The notes below the pieces were generated by a model that was not told where the DNA came from, made no database searches, and saw only the letters and a list, made by a program, of their open reading frames with translations. Below, in pieces: positions 8,705 through 19,061 of a DNA stretch of 64,000 nt. The translations under genes were made by a program, and so were the position numbers. Position 1 is the stretch's first letter; every line of letters starts with the position of its first letter. The stretch spans positions 12,908 to 76,907 of IMG/VR virus record IMGVR_UViG_3300021400_000055. One strand, written 5' to 3'. The stretch comes from a virus. Its lineage: Duplodnaviria > Heunggongvirae > Uroviricota > Caudoviricetes.

Positions 8705-11113
8705 TTATTTCTCGCCCTCTACATCATCTCCAATGAATACTTTATTTAATGTCATACCTTTATCGTTTCTTGCTTTTTTCATTGCTACTTTATAACCTTT
8801 ATCGTTCATTTCACCAATGGCTTTACCAAGTTTCATACTAAAGGCTTTTTCTTTCATCATCATATCACCTGTTGCCATTTCATTGTGCCAATCTTGATAT
8901 TCCATATATAATTCTTTAGTCCAAATACTATCTTTACGTTCAGTTATATACCACTCTAAGAATTCTACAATTTCTGCGTCAAAACCACCTGAGAAAGTGC
9001 CTTCCATACGGTCTTTCATTTCTTCTGTGTCTTCTAACACAAGCGTCTTCATTAAATAATCAATATATTTATATCTAGCTTTATTTGCGAACCAGGCTAA
9101 TGGACCATTTTCTAAACTTTTTAATACACCACTTTCACGAGTGTACATATCCATAACTCTTGTGCCTTTATCAGCAAAACTATCCTCTTTCATTCTATAT
9201 TCAGCCACTTCTTCTCGTGTTTTTACATTCAATACTAATTTGAATTGTAGCACACTATCTTTGTCTTTATCATCTACGTGGTATTCTGTAGGTAATACTT
9301 TTACTCTACGTTTCATACCTTCTGATTTATCATATAATTCAAAATCAAAGTTGGTACAAGCAATTATTTGAGGCAGTACATCTAATCTTTTTTTAGGTTT
9401 GAATTTTTCGTTTATCCACACACTATCTGTACCAGTAAGCGCACCCTTCAATGCTGTAAACGCTTCTCTATTATAAGTTCTTACCAAATCATCTACAACA
9501 CATAAGATACCTTTATCCAAATCTTCTCCCCAGAATTTTTCCTGAGGATTAGAATCAAAGATTTTACTTTCATTGAACATTTCCTCTCCAAGACATAGTC
9601 GGATTAGAGAGGTATATAAAGACTTTCCGTTTTGTCCTCCACCGGAAAGTATTATTATTTTGTGTAAATCATTGGCTGGTACCATTGATGCTCCAGCAAC
9701 AACCCACAACCACTCTTGAACAATAGGTTGAGGGATTCCTCTGGCGTTTCTTGATAATTGAGATATAAACCAATTAATTTGTCCACCTAAATCATCTTCG
9801 TGTTCTTTGACCCACTCTCTTGAATACCAGTTCCAAGGAAGCACGACATCAGTAGGAGGTTTAGTACCAAGCCAAGAGAAATCGTATACTTCGTCCATAA
9901 TACAAGATAGCACTTTATTTTTAGCCAAAACATAAGTATCACTACGTTTAATTCGCCTGTTATCAGCTGCACACATTTGCATTAACTGCACCTCCACTTC
10001 TTTGAAAAATGTTTCTTTAAAATTCTGTTCACTATATTCTTTGAGAGATTGTCTTGGTACAGTGAGATCTGTTTTATAATCATAAGGTCCGTCTATATCT
10101 TTATAAAATAATTTTTTGAAAACACCATCTACAGCTTTATCACTTCCATAAAATTCATATTGTTTATACAACCATTCGGCTGCTCTACGTTCATCTATTT
10201 TTTCTTCTTTTTTAGTTTTAGCTTTTTTCCAATGTCTCTCTTTTTCGTCATACATCCAACCCTCAGAAGATAACATTCCTTCATAATCTTCCCAACGTTT
10301 AGGTAAATCCCCAAATAAATCACTATCACTCATTGAAGGTCCGATTTTTACTAAATATTGGTCATGTATAGCTTGTATTAAATCTTTAAATTCTTTAATT
10401 TCAAATCCATTACTTAATCCAAAATAACTACAACGTTCGACAATATGATTATGACGTGATCCTTCGGATAAAACCATCAATTGTGTGAACGGATTATCAG
10501 TAAGCGTATATGTCACCGCGTCTTCTTTTGTCCTGTCTCCAGTTTTTCCGCCTTTATGCAATTCACTGTCTTTTAGTTTTCCCCAGAGCCAATAAGGGAG
10601 AATGTCTAATTCTTCAACATCTATTGCTTTAGGAGCAATCAATTCATCTGGTCTCCAACTAGCTCTTTCATCACGTTCCATACCACATACTTTTATAATC
10701 TGAACTGCTCCAGGACCTTTGGTATCAAATTTATAACCAAACCAGTTAGTAGCTCTAGTCATTTCTTTCTTATAAAAATCAGGTTTTCTAAATAAAAAAT
10801 GATAACCTTTTACTGTTTCTAAAACTAAACACTTTAATTTACTTCTTATTATAATATCATACATTTCGGCTGCTTCTCTAGTGTCATCATAATCTATAAA
10901 TACACAACCATCAGGAACAATTCTAGCGTAATTGGGTCCGTCACCTTCGTCTATTTTCAAATCTTCATAAGTTAATAATTTTTTACGTCTAGGGGCTTTA
11001 CTATCACTGTATAACTTTTTTTGAGTTGGGTCTCCAGTCTTGAATTTATCTATATCAAATTCGCGGGGTGTTTCTGGCAACTCGCAGAATGTGAATTCAA
11101 TTGTTTTACTCAC
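8705..11113 (-). CDS. primase-polymerase / D5-type SF3 helicase fusion
   Basis: N-terminal prim-pol-like region, central D5_N-like region, Walker A SGGGQNGKS and Walker B CVVDDL in C-terminal half. Confidence 0.65.
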   Translation of the reverse strand: MSKTIEFTFCELPETPREFDIDKFKTGDPTQKKLYSDSKAPRRKKLLTYEDLKIDEGDGPNYARIVPDGCVFIDYDDTREAAEMYDIIIRSKLKCLVLETVKGYHFLFRKPDFYKKEMTRATNWFGYKFDTKGPGAVQIIKVCGMERDERASWRPDELIAPKAIDVEELDILPYWLWGKLKDSELHKGGKTGDRTKEDAVTYTLTDNPFTQLMVLSEGSRHNHIVERCSYFGLSNGFEIKEFKDLIQAIHDQYLVKIGPSMSDSDLFGDLPKRWEDYEGMLSSEGWMYDEKERHWKKAKTKKEEKIDERRAAEWLYKQYEFYGSDKAVDGVFKKLFYKDIDGPYDYKTDLTVPRQSLKEYSEQNFKETFFKEVEVQLMQMCAADNRRIKRSDTYVLAKNKVLSCIMDEVYDFSWLGTKPPTDVVLPWNWYSREWVKEHEDDLGGQINWFISQLSRNARGIPQPIVQEWLWVVAGASMVPANDLHKIIILSGGGQNGKSLYTSLIRLCLGEEMFNESKIFDSNPQEKFWGEDLDKGILCVVDDLVRTYNREAFTALKGALTGTDSVWINEKFKPKKRLDVLPQIIACTNFDFELYDKSEGMKRRVKVLPTEYHVDDKDKDSVLQFKLVLNVKTREEVAEYRMKEDSFADKGTRVMDMYTRESGVLKSLENGPLAWFANKARYKYIDYLMKTLVLEDTEEMKDRMEGTFSGGFDAEIVEFLEWYITERKDSIWTKELYMEYQDWHNEMATGDMMMKEKAFSMKLGKAIGEMNDKGYKVAMKKARNDKGMTLNKVFIGDDVEGEK

Positions 11114-11442
11114 TATAAAACACCTCCGTCTGTTAATATTTTGAATATTTCCACGATGTATTTTATTATATCTTGCTCAAATATAGGTAACGTTTTATAT
11201 TTACTATACATTTGATTTATTTCAGCCATCAAAATAAGACGAAAGTCAGTTTCTTCTACGTCATCACGCTCTCGTATCTCATTTAATTCAGATACAATAG
11301 TGGTGACAGCAAATCGTCTTTTCGCCCTATCATAAGAATCCTCCCCTCTTTTTACATAATCTGCAACCACATACCAAAGTCCATTGGGGATTTTTTCTGT
11401 ATTTTTTCCTAATTCAAAATCAAGTTTTGTAATCTTTAACAT
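11113..11442 (-). CDS. hypothetical protein
   Basis: ORF in operon. Confidence 0.4.
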   Translation of the reverse strand: MLKITKLDFELGKNTEKIPNGLWYVVADYVKRGEDSYDRAKRRFAVTTIVSELNEIRERDDVEETDFRLILMAEINQMYSKYKTLPIFEQDIIKYIVEIFKILTDGGVL

Positions 11443-11474
11443 TCTATTTCCTACCTTTCTACTCTACCTACTAA

Positions 11475-12281
11475 TTATTTCTTTAAATATGTTTTTTCAC
11501 ATTTATATACACGCTCATCTGTTACGTATGTATCAAAAAATTTATCATAATACTCATCATTTTTGTCACATAAAATTACGTCAGCGTTGTTCACTGCACG
11601 AAGTAAACTTCCTGATCCAGCAAAAAAATCTCCAATGACATAACCTTCGTGATCTTTGTCGCTTAGCCACACCAAGTGTTCTAGTAATTCTCGTGGTTTT
11701 TGAGAAGGATGACACAATTTATCCTTTTTGTAATTACCTTGAGGTTTAGTGAATTTGAGTATGCTACTTTTATCCCATAGACCCGCTTCTTTATTTAATC
11801 TGGCGTTACCTTTACGTATTACTATAATAGGTGTTATATCATAACAAAAATCTCCAGATATACTACTCACCATATTAGGTTGTTGCCAAAACACAACTCT
11901 ATTGACATCAAAAATCTGATAAGCTAAATATAAATATTTCATACTCCAAAATATGAACATAAATGAATCATCCACAAGTTTAGCATGAGCTTTACAATAC
12001 CATTTATAACAAGTTTTTCTATAATCTTCTAATTTTTGTTGCTCTTCCCAAGGTATAGCGATTTCAAATCTAGGAGTTACTATTCCTTTTTCTAAATCAC
12101 TTTCGCTTGGGGAAACTTTTGCTGTATATCGTGAATGAAACACAGCCGCTCCATTTTTATTTTTCATATTACCTGTTAACACATTGTAGGGTGGGTCTAA
12201 TATCCATAAGTCTACACTTTTGTCAGGAATTGTATCTAGCCAATCCATACAATCACCTTTAGTGAATATTCTATCGCTCAT
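11475..12281 (-). CDS. DNA methyltransferase (N6-adenine/N4-cytosine, DPPY motif)
   Basis: LWILDPPYN catalytic motif near N-terminus, FFAGSGS AdoMet motif near C-terminus (beta-class order); likely start MSDRIFTKGD at 12281. Confidence 0.65.
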   Translation of the reverse strand: MSDRIFTKGDCMDWLDTIPDKSVDLWILDPPYNVLTGNMKNKNGAAVFHSRYTAKVSPSESDLEKGIVTPRFEIAIPWEEQQKLEDYRKTCYKWYCKAHAKLVDDSFMFIFWSMKYLYLAYQIFDVNRVVFWQQPNMVSSISGDFCYDITPIIVIRKGNARLNKEAGLWDKSSILKFTKPQGNYKKDKLCHPSQKPRELLEHLVWLSDKDHEGYVIGDFFAGSGSLLRAVNNADVILCDKNDEYYDKFFDTYVTDERVYKCEKTYLKK

Positions 12282-12294
12282 ACACATACCTCTT

Positions 12295-12624
12295 CTATTC
12301 AAATTTTAAATCCATTTTTATATTAATATATTCAACTATATTGTTTAAATTTGGTTCTATTTGTCTCCATATATCAATCTTTTCATAGTCATCTCCGTGT
12401 AAATCAGAAACAAAAAACTCACATTCTGTTTTGCTCCAATAGTCATATATAAAAGTCGTTTTTAAATATTCTCTTAGTATACTTTTATTATATACGCGTC
12501 CGCTTCTAACTTCTTTAGCAATGTCTTCTTTTCTCCATTCTAATATGTTATAATTAATTACCTTTTTGGAATTAGAATCCCAACGAAGTACATACCATTC
12601 TAAATTTATATTTTTTATTTTCAT
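12295..12624 (-). CDS. hypothetical protein
   Basis: ORF in operon, 4-nt overlap with upstream gene. Confidence 0.4.
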   Translation of the reverse strand: MKIKNINLEWYVLRWDSNSKKVINYNILEWRKEDIAKEVRSGRVYNKSILREYLKTTFIYDYWSKTECEFFVSDLHGDDYEKIDIWRQIEPNLNNIVEYINIKMDLKFE

Positions 12625-13313
12625 AGTACCACCGGCTTTCTGACTATTCCTCCTGTTGCGACTTTTTTCTCTTTTGCTTTTTCTGCTTCTGCTATTTCTC
12701 TAAAATGTTTATTCCATAATTCTAATAAAGCATTACCTAATTTTTTATCTATAGAAAATTTGAACCAACGATAACCAGTTCTAGTTAAACTTAAACATCT
12801 CAATTCATCTATTTTCTTTGCGATTTCTCGCTCTTCTTTACTACCTTTTAATAACATCATATAATATAATTGAAGTTGACATTCGGTTGACCATTCATCT
12901 AAATTACTACTTGTCTTCCAGTCTATCATACAATATTTACCGTTAACCATAGCAATGCAATCTATAATACCTTTTACCCCGAGTTTTTTATTTATTATTT
13001 TATGTTCTGTATATAAAGGTTTTATATCCCAATCAATTCGCTCATCTATCCATTCTTTCCAAACTGTTTCATATACAGCATATTCTAAACCTAAATGAGG
13101 CTCTTTTTCATCCGCTTTTTTGAAAGGTACTTTGTACCAGTTAAGCCAGTTTTCAATATATTTATGAACAGCTGTACCGCGTTCTGCGGCGGCTTTTAAT
13201 ATATGTTCTGGTATCCCTGAGTTTTCAAATTTGTTTCCAAATATCGCATTTAATACACTTGTTACCCCTCTAAATGGTGAATCAAAGAATTCAGAATCTG
13301 TATAATTTTTCAT
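12621..13313 (-). CDS. PD-(D/E)xK family exonuclease (YqaJ/lambda Exo-like)
   Basis: GIIDCIAMVNGKYCMIDWKTS matches D...(D/E)xK core; first gene of minus-strand operon. Confidence 0.45.
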   Translation of the reverse strand: MKNYTDSEFFDSPFRGVTSVLNAIFGNKFENSGIPEHILKAAAERGTAVHKYIENWLNWYKVPFKKADEKEPHLGLEYAVYETVWKEWIDERIDWDIKPLYTEHKIINKKLGVKGIIDCIAMVNGKYCMIDWKTSSNLDEWSTECQLQLYYMMLLKGSKEEREIAKKIDELRCLSLTRTGYRWFKFSIDKKLGNALLELWNKHFREIAEAEKAKEKKVATGGIVRKPVVL

Positions 13314-13544
13314 TTTTATTTATATCTCCTAATTTTTTTTCTTGCGTAAATAATATATAATAAAATTTACTTTTTTTCAATAGATTTTTTTAAAATTTAG
13401 ACAAAATATTTCTTGTCTTACTTAAACCCGCAATTACAGTAGACTCAAGGGATTTAGCGTTATGTAAACTGACTAAAATTACGCTCGACTTTATTGAAAA
13501 CACGAGCGTAAATTTTTTATATAAAAAAAGACAACAAACCTATT

Positions 13545-13580
13545 GACTAATTGTTAATATTGTTGTATAATAAATATAAG
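13545..13580 (+). promoter_or_regulatory. consensus sigma70 promoter TTGACT-17-TATAAT
   Basis: TTGACTaattgttaatattgttgTATAAT. Confidence 0.55.
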
Positions 13581-13663
13581 GACGCGGGAATCCTTAAGAT
13601 GTGGGGTGAAAGTATTGTCTGTATCACATCACCCCCATTTTCTTTTCAAAGGAGGAAATATTT

Positions 13664-14677
13664 ATGAGAAGATTACCAAGCGAAATAAAACTATCAGACC
13701 ACGCAAGACAAAGATTAGAAGAAAGAAGACAATCGGGTGAAATATTAGACACCGATATAAGTGTGTATAATACAAAAAACATAATGAGAAGTTCGGTTAG
13801 ATGGTACACTAAAGATGACTTAATTTTTGATTGTGCATTGTATAGACACTGCTGTTATACAACAAGGCAATCAAAAGACGTAGCATATATAACAGACGGG
13901 AACATTGAAGTGATTTATGATAAAAGCACAAAAGTGGGAATAACTGTATTACAAGTAAAAGATAAATTCAAACCAATCACTCAATACATTAAGCCCGAAG
14001 TATTAAGAGAAATAGAAATAAAAAAGGAGAATAGGAAGATGAAACAATTAGAAATTGGAACTTGCCCAGATTGTGGTAAAACAGATGTTAAAATTACTTC
14101 AAAAGGAGTATGTGCAACATGTAGAAAAAGACAAGATAATATGAAAGCGAGAGGAAAAGAATATATACCTTATTTAAAATTATCTGAATATGAGCAAAAA
14201 AGAATTGATTGCCTACACAAAAGACACAATCGAAGTAAAAAAGAAGTAGTTATAGAAGTACCAGAAATACCAAAGATTATACCTGTAATAGAAAATTATT
14301 ATCAAGTGAAAGCTGAAAATAACCCTAATATCGCTCACACAGTGATAAAACCTGTTACAATACAGAATACATTGAGCCCATTGTCAGATCAAGATTATTT
14401 TGTTAAAATATTAAGAGAGTGTGGTTGCGATATACCGACAGAAAAGTTGGAAAATGTATTAGATGTATTAATTAAGACTGATGAAATAAAAGATGTGTTA
14501 AAAGATAATCAACAAATTTTATTAAATTTAGAAACTACCCTTAATATTACAGAAAAAACACTTCAAAACAGTTGGGAATCTAATGGTTTCCAAAAAGATG
14601 ATGATATTAAATTCAAGAGTTTTTTAACTTGGAGACGTATGCTTAAAGAAGCAATGTCTTTTTGGAAAATATCATAA
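13664..14677 (+). CDS. hypothetical protein with internal zinc ribbon
   Basis: CPDCGK...CATCRK 4-Cys cluster; AGGAGG RBS. Confidence 0.45.
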   Translation: MRRLPSEIKLSDHARQRLEERRQSGEILDTDISVYNTKNIMRSSVRWYTKDDLIFDCALYRHCCYTTRQSKDVAYITDGNIEVIYDKSTKVGITVLQVKDKFKPITQYIKPEVLREIEIKKENRKMKQLEIGTCPDCGKTDVKITSKGVCATCRKRQDNMKARGKEYIPYLKLSEYEQKRIDCLHKRHNRSKKEVVIEVPEIPKIIPVIENYYQVKAENNPNIAHTVIKPVTIQNTLSPLSDQDYFVKILRECGCDIPTEKLENVLDVLIKTDEIKDVLKDNQQILLNLETTLNITEKTLQNSWESNGFQKDDDIKFKSFLTWRRMLKEAMSFWKIS

Positions 14678-14694
14678 TATAATAGAGATATGTT

Positions 14695-14964
14695 ATGCAA
14701 AAATTAATTGATATAACAGGAAGGAAATATCATCGTTTAACTGTTTTGAGATTTAGTCATATGGAATATAGAAAAAATGGTAAAAGTAGAAGTGTGTGGG
14801 AGTGTAAATGTGACTGTGGTAATATAGTATTATTACGAAAGGATCAATTTATATATCCATATAGCAAATATAGGTCTTGTGGTTGTTGGCACAGAGAAGA
14901 AAGTAGTAAAAGACCTAAAGATGATAAAACAGGAAGATATATAAAAATAAACAAGGGGATATAG
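14695..14964 (+). CDS. small zinc-binding protein
   Basis: GRKYHRLTVLRF...WECKCDCGN...SCGC pattern common in phage DNA-binding proteins. Confidence 0.4.
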   Translation: MQKLIDITGRKYHRLTVLRFSHMEYRKNGKSRSVWECKCDCGNIVLLRKDQFIYPYSKYRSCGCWHREESSKRPKDDKTGRYIKINKGI

Positions 14965-14966
14965 AT

Positions 14967-15206
14967 ATGGGTGAAACAGAAACTAAAAAATGTATAGAAA
15001 TTTATATCACTAAAACAAAGGGTTCTACGGAAGAAACTGTAGAATTCAAAAATGTTGTGGAAGACACTGAAGAAAATAAAAATTGGTATCAAAGTGCTAG
15101 TGATATAATAAAACAAATTGCATATGTATTATATAAATTACACGAAGAAGACATCGAAGAAACGGAGGTGATAGCAAATGACAAAAAGAGAACAAGAAGC
15201 GAGTGA
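14967..15206 (+). CDS. hypothetical protein
   Basis: ORF, tight packing. Confidence 0.35.
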   Translation: MGETETKKCIEIYITKTKGSTEETVEFKNVVEDTEENKNWYQSASDIIKQIAYVLYKLHEEDIEETEVIANDKKRTRSE

Positions 15207-15417
15207 TGTGCTACAACAAATCGCAAAAGATATAAAGGAAAAATTACCTAAAGATATGGGATTTGCATTATTGGCTTACGAATTTAATGGTGATGAAAAT
15301 CATGACCATAAAATGTTATACGTTTCAAATTCACAAAGAGAAGATGTAATACTTGCGATGACTGAATTTATCAAAAAACAATTAGATGACCCTACAATAT
15401 TTGGAAAGGATGTATAA
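15178..15417 (+). CDS. hypothetical protein
   Basis: ORF, tight packing. Confidence 0.35.
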   Translation: MTKREQEASDVLQQIAKDIKEKLPKDMGFALLAYEFNGDENHDHKMLYVSNSQREDVILAMTEFIKKQLDDPTIFGKDV

Positions 15418-15422
15418 TAATT

Positions 15423-15878
15423 ATGAGTAGTACTTGGAAAAAGATACAAAAAGCAAATGAAGATTATATTATTAAAAAATATTATGAAAATATGACACCA
15501 GACATGTATAAAGAGGGAATCCAACGTGCAATTAAAATGACAGAAGATAAATGTTTAAAAGAATATGAATATGAAGTCACTCGTATGTGCAACGAATTTA
15601 ATAAAAAATTAAAAAATAATATGTTACTTGCTATGGACACATTGGCCACAGAAATGATATATGAATTAGGAAATGTATTAGAATGTTATGTGGATGAACC
15701 AGAATATTTAGACCAAAAAATAGATATAGTTCAAGGTATATACGAAACTGCGATGCATGCTATAGAAGAATATGCAAGTGATAAATACAAAACAAATGCA
15801 CAAGCTCAAAAAGCATATGAAAAAAAGAAGAAAAAGATTCAAAAAATCTTTGGTTTAGAGGAGAGCACATATGAATAA
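15423..15878 (+). CDS. hypothetical protein
   Basis: ORF. Confidence 0.4.
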   Translation: MSSTWKKIQKANEDYIIKKYYENMTPDMYKEGIQRAIKMTEDKCLKEYEYEVTRMCNEFNKKLKNNMLLAMDTLATEMIYELGNVLECYVDEPEYLDQKIDIVQGIYETAMHAIEEYASDKYKTNAQAQKAYEKKKKKIQKIFGLEESTYE

Positions 15879-16104
15879 AATAGATGTATTATGTGATAAA
15901 ATAAACAATAAGTATAATTTGAAACGTCACCAAGTTGGTAGTGTAGAACGTTATCAAGATATGTACGAAACTTCCATAGTACAAATATGTAATCAATTCG
16001 GTGGAGTGAGGACACTGATGAGTGGAGACGAGAAAATATTAATGAAATATTTACAAAACATATTAGATGATAAGACAATATTGAATTTTTGGGATATTAA
16101 ATAA
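15871..16104 (+). CDS. hypothetical protein
   Basis: ORF. Confidence 0.35.
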   Translation: MNKIDVLCDKINNKYNLKRHQVGSVERYQDMYETSIVQICNQFGGVRTLMSGDEKILMKYLQNILDDKTILNFWDIK

Positions 16105-16114
16105 GGAGAATGAT

Positions 16115-16558
16115 ATGAGTTATAGGATTTATGTAAATAATTATCAATGTTTAGGTAACAACGAATGTCCAGAAGTATTGATAAATGAACTAAAAAGACA
16201 AGGTTGTGAAATTGATGAAGACGGTTGCTTTCATAATTTTGAAATAAAAGAATTAGAACCTATCATAGAAGCATTGGAGCAATATATAAAAAATACAAAT
16301 GAGTGGATGTTACGAAGAAAATATAAACCTGGAAGCGTGGCAGATTTTAGCTATTTATTAGAAAAGGAAGATGAATATAAAAATGGATTAACTTGGAGCT
16401 TACAAGAGCTTTTAGAAAATGGATATTTATTTGTAACCATTAATTTTTTAAATGCTATCAAAGATGATTACGAAGAAGATTTTGATTTTGAAGCAAAAAA
16501 ACATAGAGCTAAATATAAAATAAAAAAAGGACATCATATTCATATGAGTGGTTATTAA
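16115..16558 (+). CDS. hypothetical protein
   Basis: ORF. Confidence 0.4.
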   Translation: MSYRIYVNNYQCLGNNECPEVLINELKRQGCEIDEDGCFHNFEIKELEPIIEALEQYIKNTNEWMLRRKYKPGSVADFSYLLEKEDEYKNGLTWSLQELLENGYLFVTINFLNAIKDDYEEDFDFEAKKHRAKYKIKKGHHIHMSGY

Positions 16559-16583
16559 TATACAGTAAATGGAGGAATTATAA

Positions 16584-18554
16584 ATGTTTATAGCAGATTA
16601 TGAAATATTCAAACACGATAGTTTATTGGGAGTATTAGATACCGAAACAAATGAAATTCATCAAATATGGGATGTAGATGAGATTAAAAAATTCATACGT
16701 GAACATTTAGATGAAATTTGGGTAGGATTTAATTCTGACCATTATGACAAGATTTTAGCACATGGTATGATGACGAATAAAATTGCAACCCCTGAGAAGG
16801 CGTTTGAATTGAGTAATGCTATAATTAAAGCACAAGACACAGATACACCTGTTTTCGGAATATTAAATAAATTCAATATTGGAGATTATTATCAATCGGA
16901 ACTTCTTATGTATGATGTAGCCGGAGACGGTGCCTTTTTTTCGTTAAAGCAACTAGAGGGCTTCACAGGAATGGATATAGTAGAAAGTGTTGTTCCGTTT
17001 GATATAGATAGACCATTGACAGATATAGAAAAAGAAGATGTAGCAAAATATAACCGAGCTGATTTATATGGTACATTAGAAAGATTTAAACAGAGAAAAA
17101 ATAGTTTTAGAACCAAAATGTTACTAGTGAAAGAATTTGAATTACCTACAAGTTATATATGTAAAACAAATGCAAAATTAACAGAGGCTATACTACTTTC
17201 TCAAAATAAAGGTGTAAATACTAGAGCTAGAAAAAATTTTCAATTAAGCGATTTACCTTGTGACTGGGATGTACCAGAAATAAAAACCATATTTAATTTC
17301 TTTTTGGAGGCATTAAAAGAATTAGAAAAACATAATTGGGACACAAAAAGATGTGATAAAACAAAATTGAGTATGGATTTAGATATATTAGGGGTGCTTC
17401 ACACATTTGCTTTAGGTGGAGTCCACGGAGGAATCAAAAATTATATATGTAGACCAGAGGACGGAAAGAAAATTATATGGGTAGATGTATCTTCTCTATA
17501 CCCTAATATATTAACTAAATGGGACTTACTTTCGAGAAAAGTCGATAAAAATGGTTGTATTGCATTTGGGAATATGGTTCAAGTTCGTATGGATATTAAA
17601 AAGAAAATGCACGATAGTGGTTTGACCAAAGAAGAAAAGAAATCACTAAAAGATCAAGCCGCAAGATATAAACTTATATTGAACACTACAAGTGGATGTA
17701 TGAAAGATAAATTCAAAAAACTTTATGACCCAGAATATAATACAAAAATGTGTATGTTAGGACAACTTGCTTTGACTGATTTGATATTTAGACTTCATAA
17801 TGCTGACAGAAGACCAAAACCTGCTTGGGCATTAGAAAAAGGAAAGTCAGAGTTTAGACCTACACATGAATATTTTAAACTTATTCAATCTAATACAGAT
17901 GGTATCGCGTTAGAACTATTAACTGATGACGCAGAAGATACAATTGACAGAGTGTGTAAAGATTGGGAAAAAGATTGGAGATTTAGTTTAGAAAAGACTG
18001 TAGCTGATAACTTATATGAAAAAGATGTTAACAATTATGTATTCAAAGATAGCGAAGGAAAAATAAAAGTTAAGGGTGCATATGTAACAAAATTTGATGA
18101 AGGTAATGAACAAGATACATTGGCTATTCTAGCAAAAGCAGTTGTCGAATATTTTTTAAATGGAATAGATGTTAGAACTACAATCTGTAATCCTGAAAAT
18201 TTAGCAACAGATTATCAAATGATCAAGAAGCTAGGGAATATGTATGATACCCCAACTTGGAAAAAAGATGATGGTGATGAGATAGTACAAAAAGTGAACA
18301 GGATATTCCCAAGTGTGGATAAATCTTTGGGCGGATTATTCAAACATAAACGAGACAAAGATATAGGTACTCTGGATAAAGTTGAAGGTACACCAGAACA
18401 CGTTTTGATTATGAATACTGATATAAGAGGTAAAAAAATAGGTGAGTTAGATAATATTGATTATGAATGGTATGTGTCAGAAGCTCAGAAAAGAATAAAT
18501 GATTTTCTTGGAATCAAACCCGAAAAGAAACCAAGAAAAAGAAAGGTGTCTTAA
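16584..18554 (+). CDS. family B DNA polymerase with 3'-5' exonuclease domain
   Basis: Exo I VLDTETNE, Exo II FNSDHYD, motif A DVSSLYPNIL (DxxSLYP), motif B KLILNTTSG (Kx3NSxYG-like), motif C SNTDGI. Confidence 0.7.
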   Translation: MFIADYEIFKHDSLLGVLDTETNEIHQIWDVDEIKKFIREHLDEIWVGFNSDHYDKILAHGMMTNKIATPEKAFELSNAIIKAQDTDTPVFGILNKFNIGDYYQSELLMYDVAGDGAFFSLKQLEGFTGMDIVESVVPFDIDRPLTDIEKEDVAKYNRADLYGTLERFKQRKNSFRTKMLLVKEFELPTSYICKTNAKLTEAILLSQNKGVNTRARKNFQLSDLPCDWDVPEIKTIFNFFLEALKELEKHNWDTKRCDKTKLSMDLDILGVLHTFALGGVHGGIKNYICRPEDGKKIIWVDVSSLYPNILTKWDLLSRKVDKNGCIAFGNMVQVRMDIKKKMHDSGLTKEEKKSLKDQAARYKLILNTTSGCMKDKFKKLYDPEYNTKMCMLGQLALTDLIFRLHNADRRPKPAWALEKGKSEFRPTHEYFKLIQSNTDGIALELLTDDAEDTIDRVCKDWEKDWRFSLEKTVADNLYEKDVNNYVFKDSEGKIKVKGAYVTKFDEGNEQDTLAILAKAVVEYFLNGIDVRTTICNPENLATDYQMIKKLGNMYDTPTWKKDDGDEIVQKVNRIFPSVDKSLGGLFKHKRDKDIGTLDKVEGTPEHVLIMNTDIRGKKIGELDNIDYEWYVSEAQKRINDFLGIKPEKKPRKRKVS

Positions 18555-18720
18555 TATGATATATTTAAAAATTTATATAATAGCAATGATTAGTATTACA
18601 GTATTATTAAAATTAATTTATATGATTAAAAAAGATTTGACAAAAGACAATATAAATTATACGATTATAACTTTTTTATTATTTTATCTTCCGATATTAA
18701 TATATACGATTTTTTCTTAA
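18499..18720 (+). CDS. small membrane protein
   Basis: two hydrophobic helices; overlaps polymerase 3' end. Confidence 0.3.
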   Translation: MIFLESNPKRNQEKERCLNMIYLKIYIIAMISITVLLKLIYMIKKDLTKDNINYTIITFLLFYLPILIYTIFS

Positions 18721-18737
18721 AATTTATGATATACTAT

Positions 18738-18766
18738 TGACTTTTGACTAAAAGTTGTGTATAATG
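18738..18766 (+). promoter_or_regulatory. sigma70 promoter TTGACT-17-TGTGTATAAT (extended -10)
   Basis: TTGACTtttgactaaaagttgtgTATAAT. Confidence 0.5.
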
Positions 18767-18782
18767 TTTATAAGGAGGAAAT

Positions 18783-19061
18783 ATGATGGATAAATTTATT
18801 AAAGATAGAAATGAAGCTTTTATAAGCGGTGATGAGAAAAAAATAAAGGCATATTGCAAAAAATATGGCATTGCTATACCAGAAGATGAAGAAATATTCT
18901 GGGCAGGTGTGCATAAAGCTATTTGTAATTTGTTTTTGAATAAGGATAACAAAATACCAATGAAACAATTTAATAAAAGTTTTGATTGGTTGGTGGACCA
19001 TGGTTATAACCCTTCTCTTGATAATACTGACGAAGAAGGAGGTGCAAAGGATGAGACATAG
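18783..19061 (+). CDS. hypothetical protein
   Basis: ORF with AGGAGG RBS. Confidence 0.4.
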   Translation: MMDKFIKDRNEAFISGDEKKIKAYCKKYGIAIPEDEEIFWAGVHKAICNLFLNKDNKIPMKQFNKSFDWLVDHGYNPSLDNTDEEGGAKDET

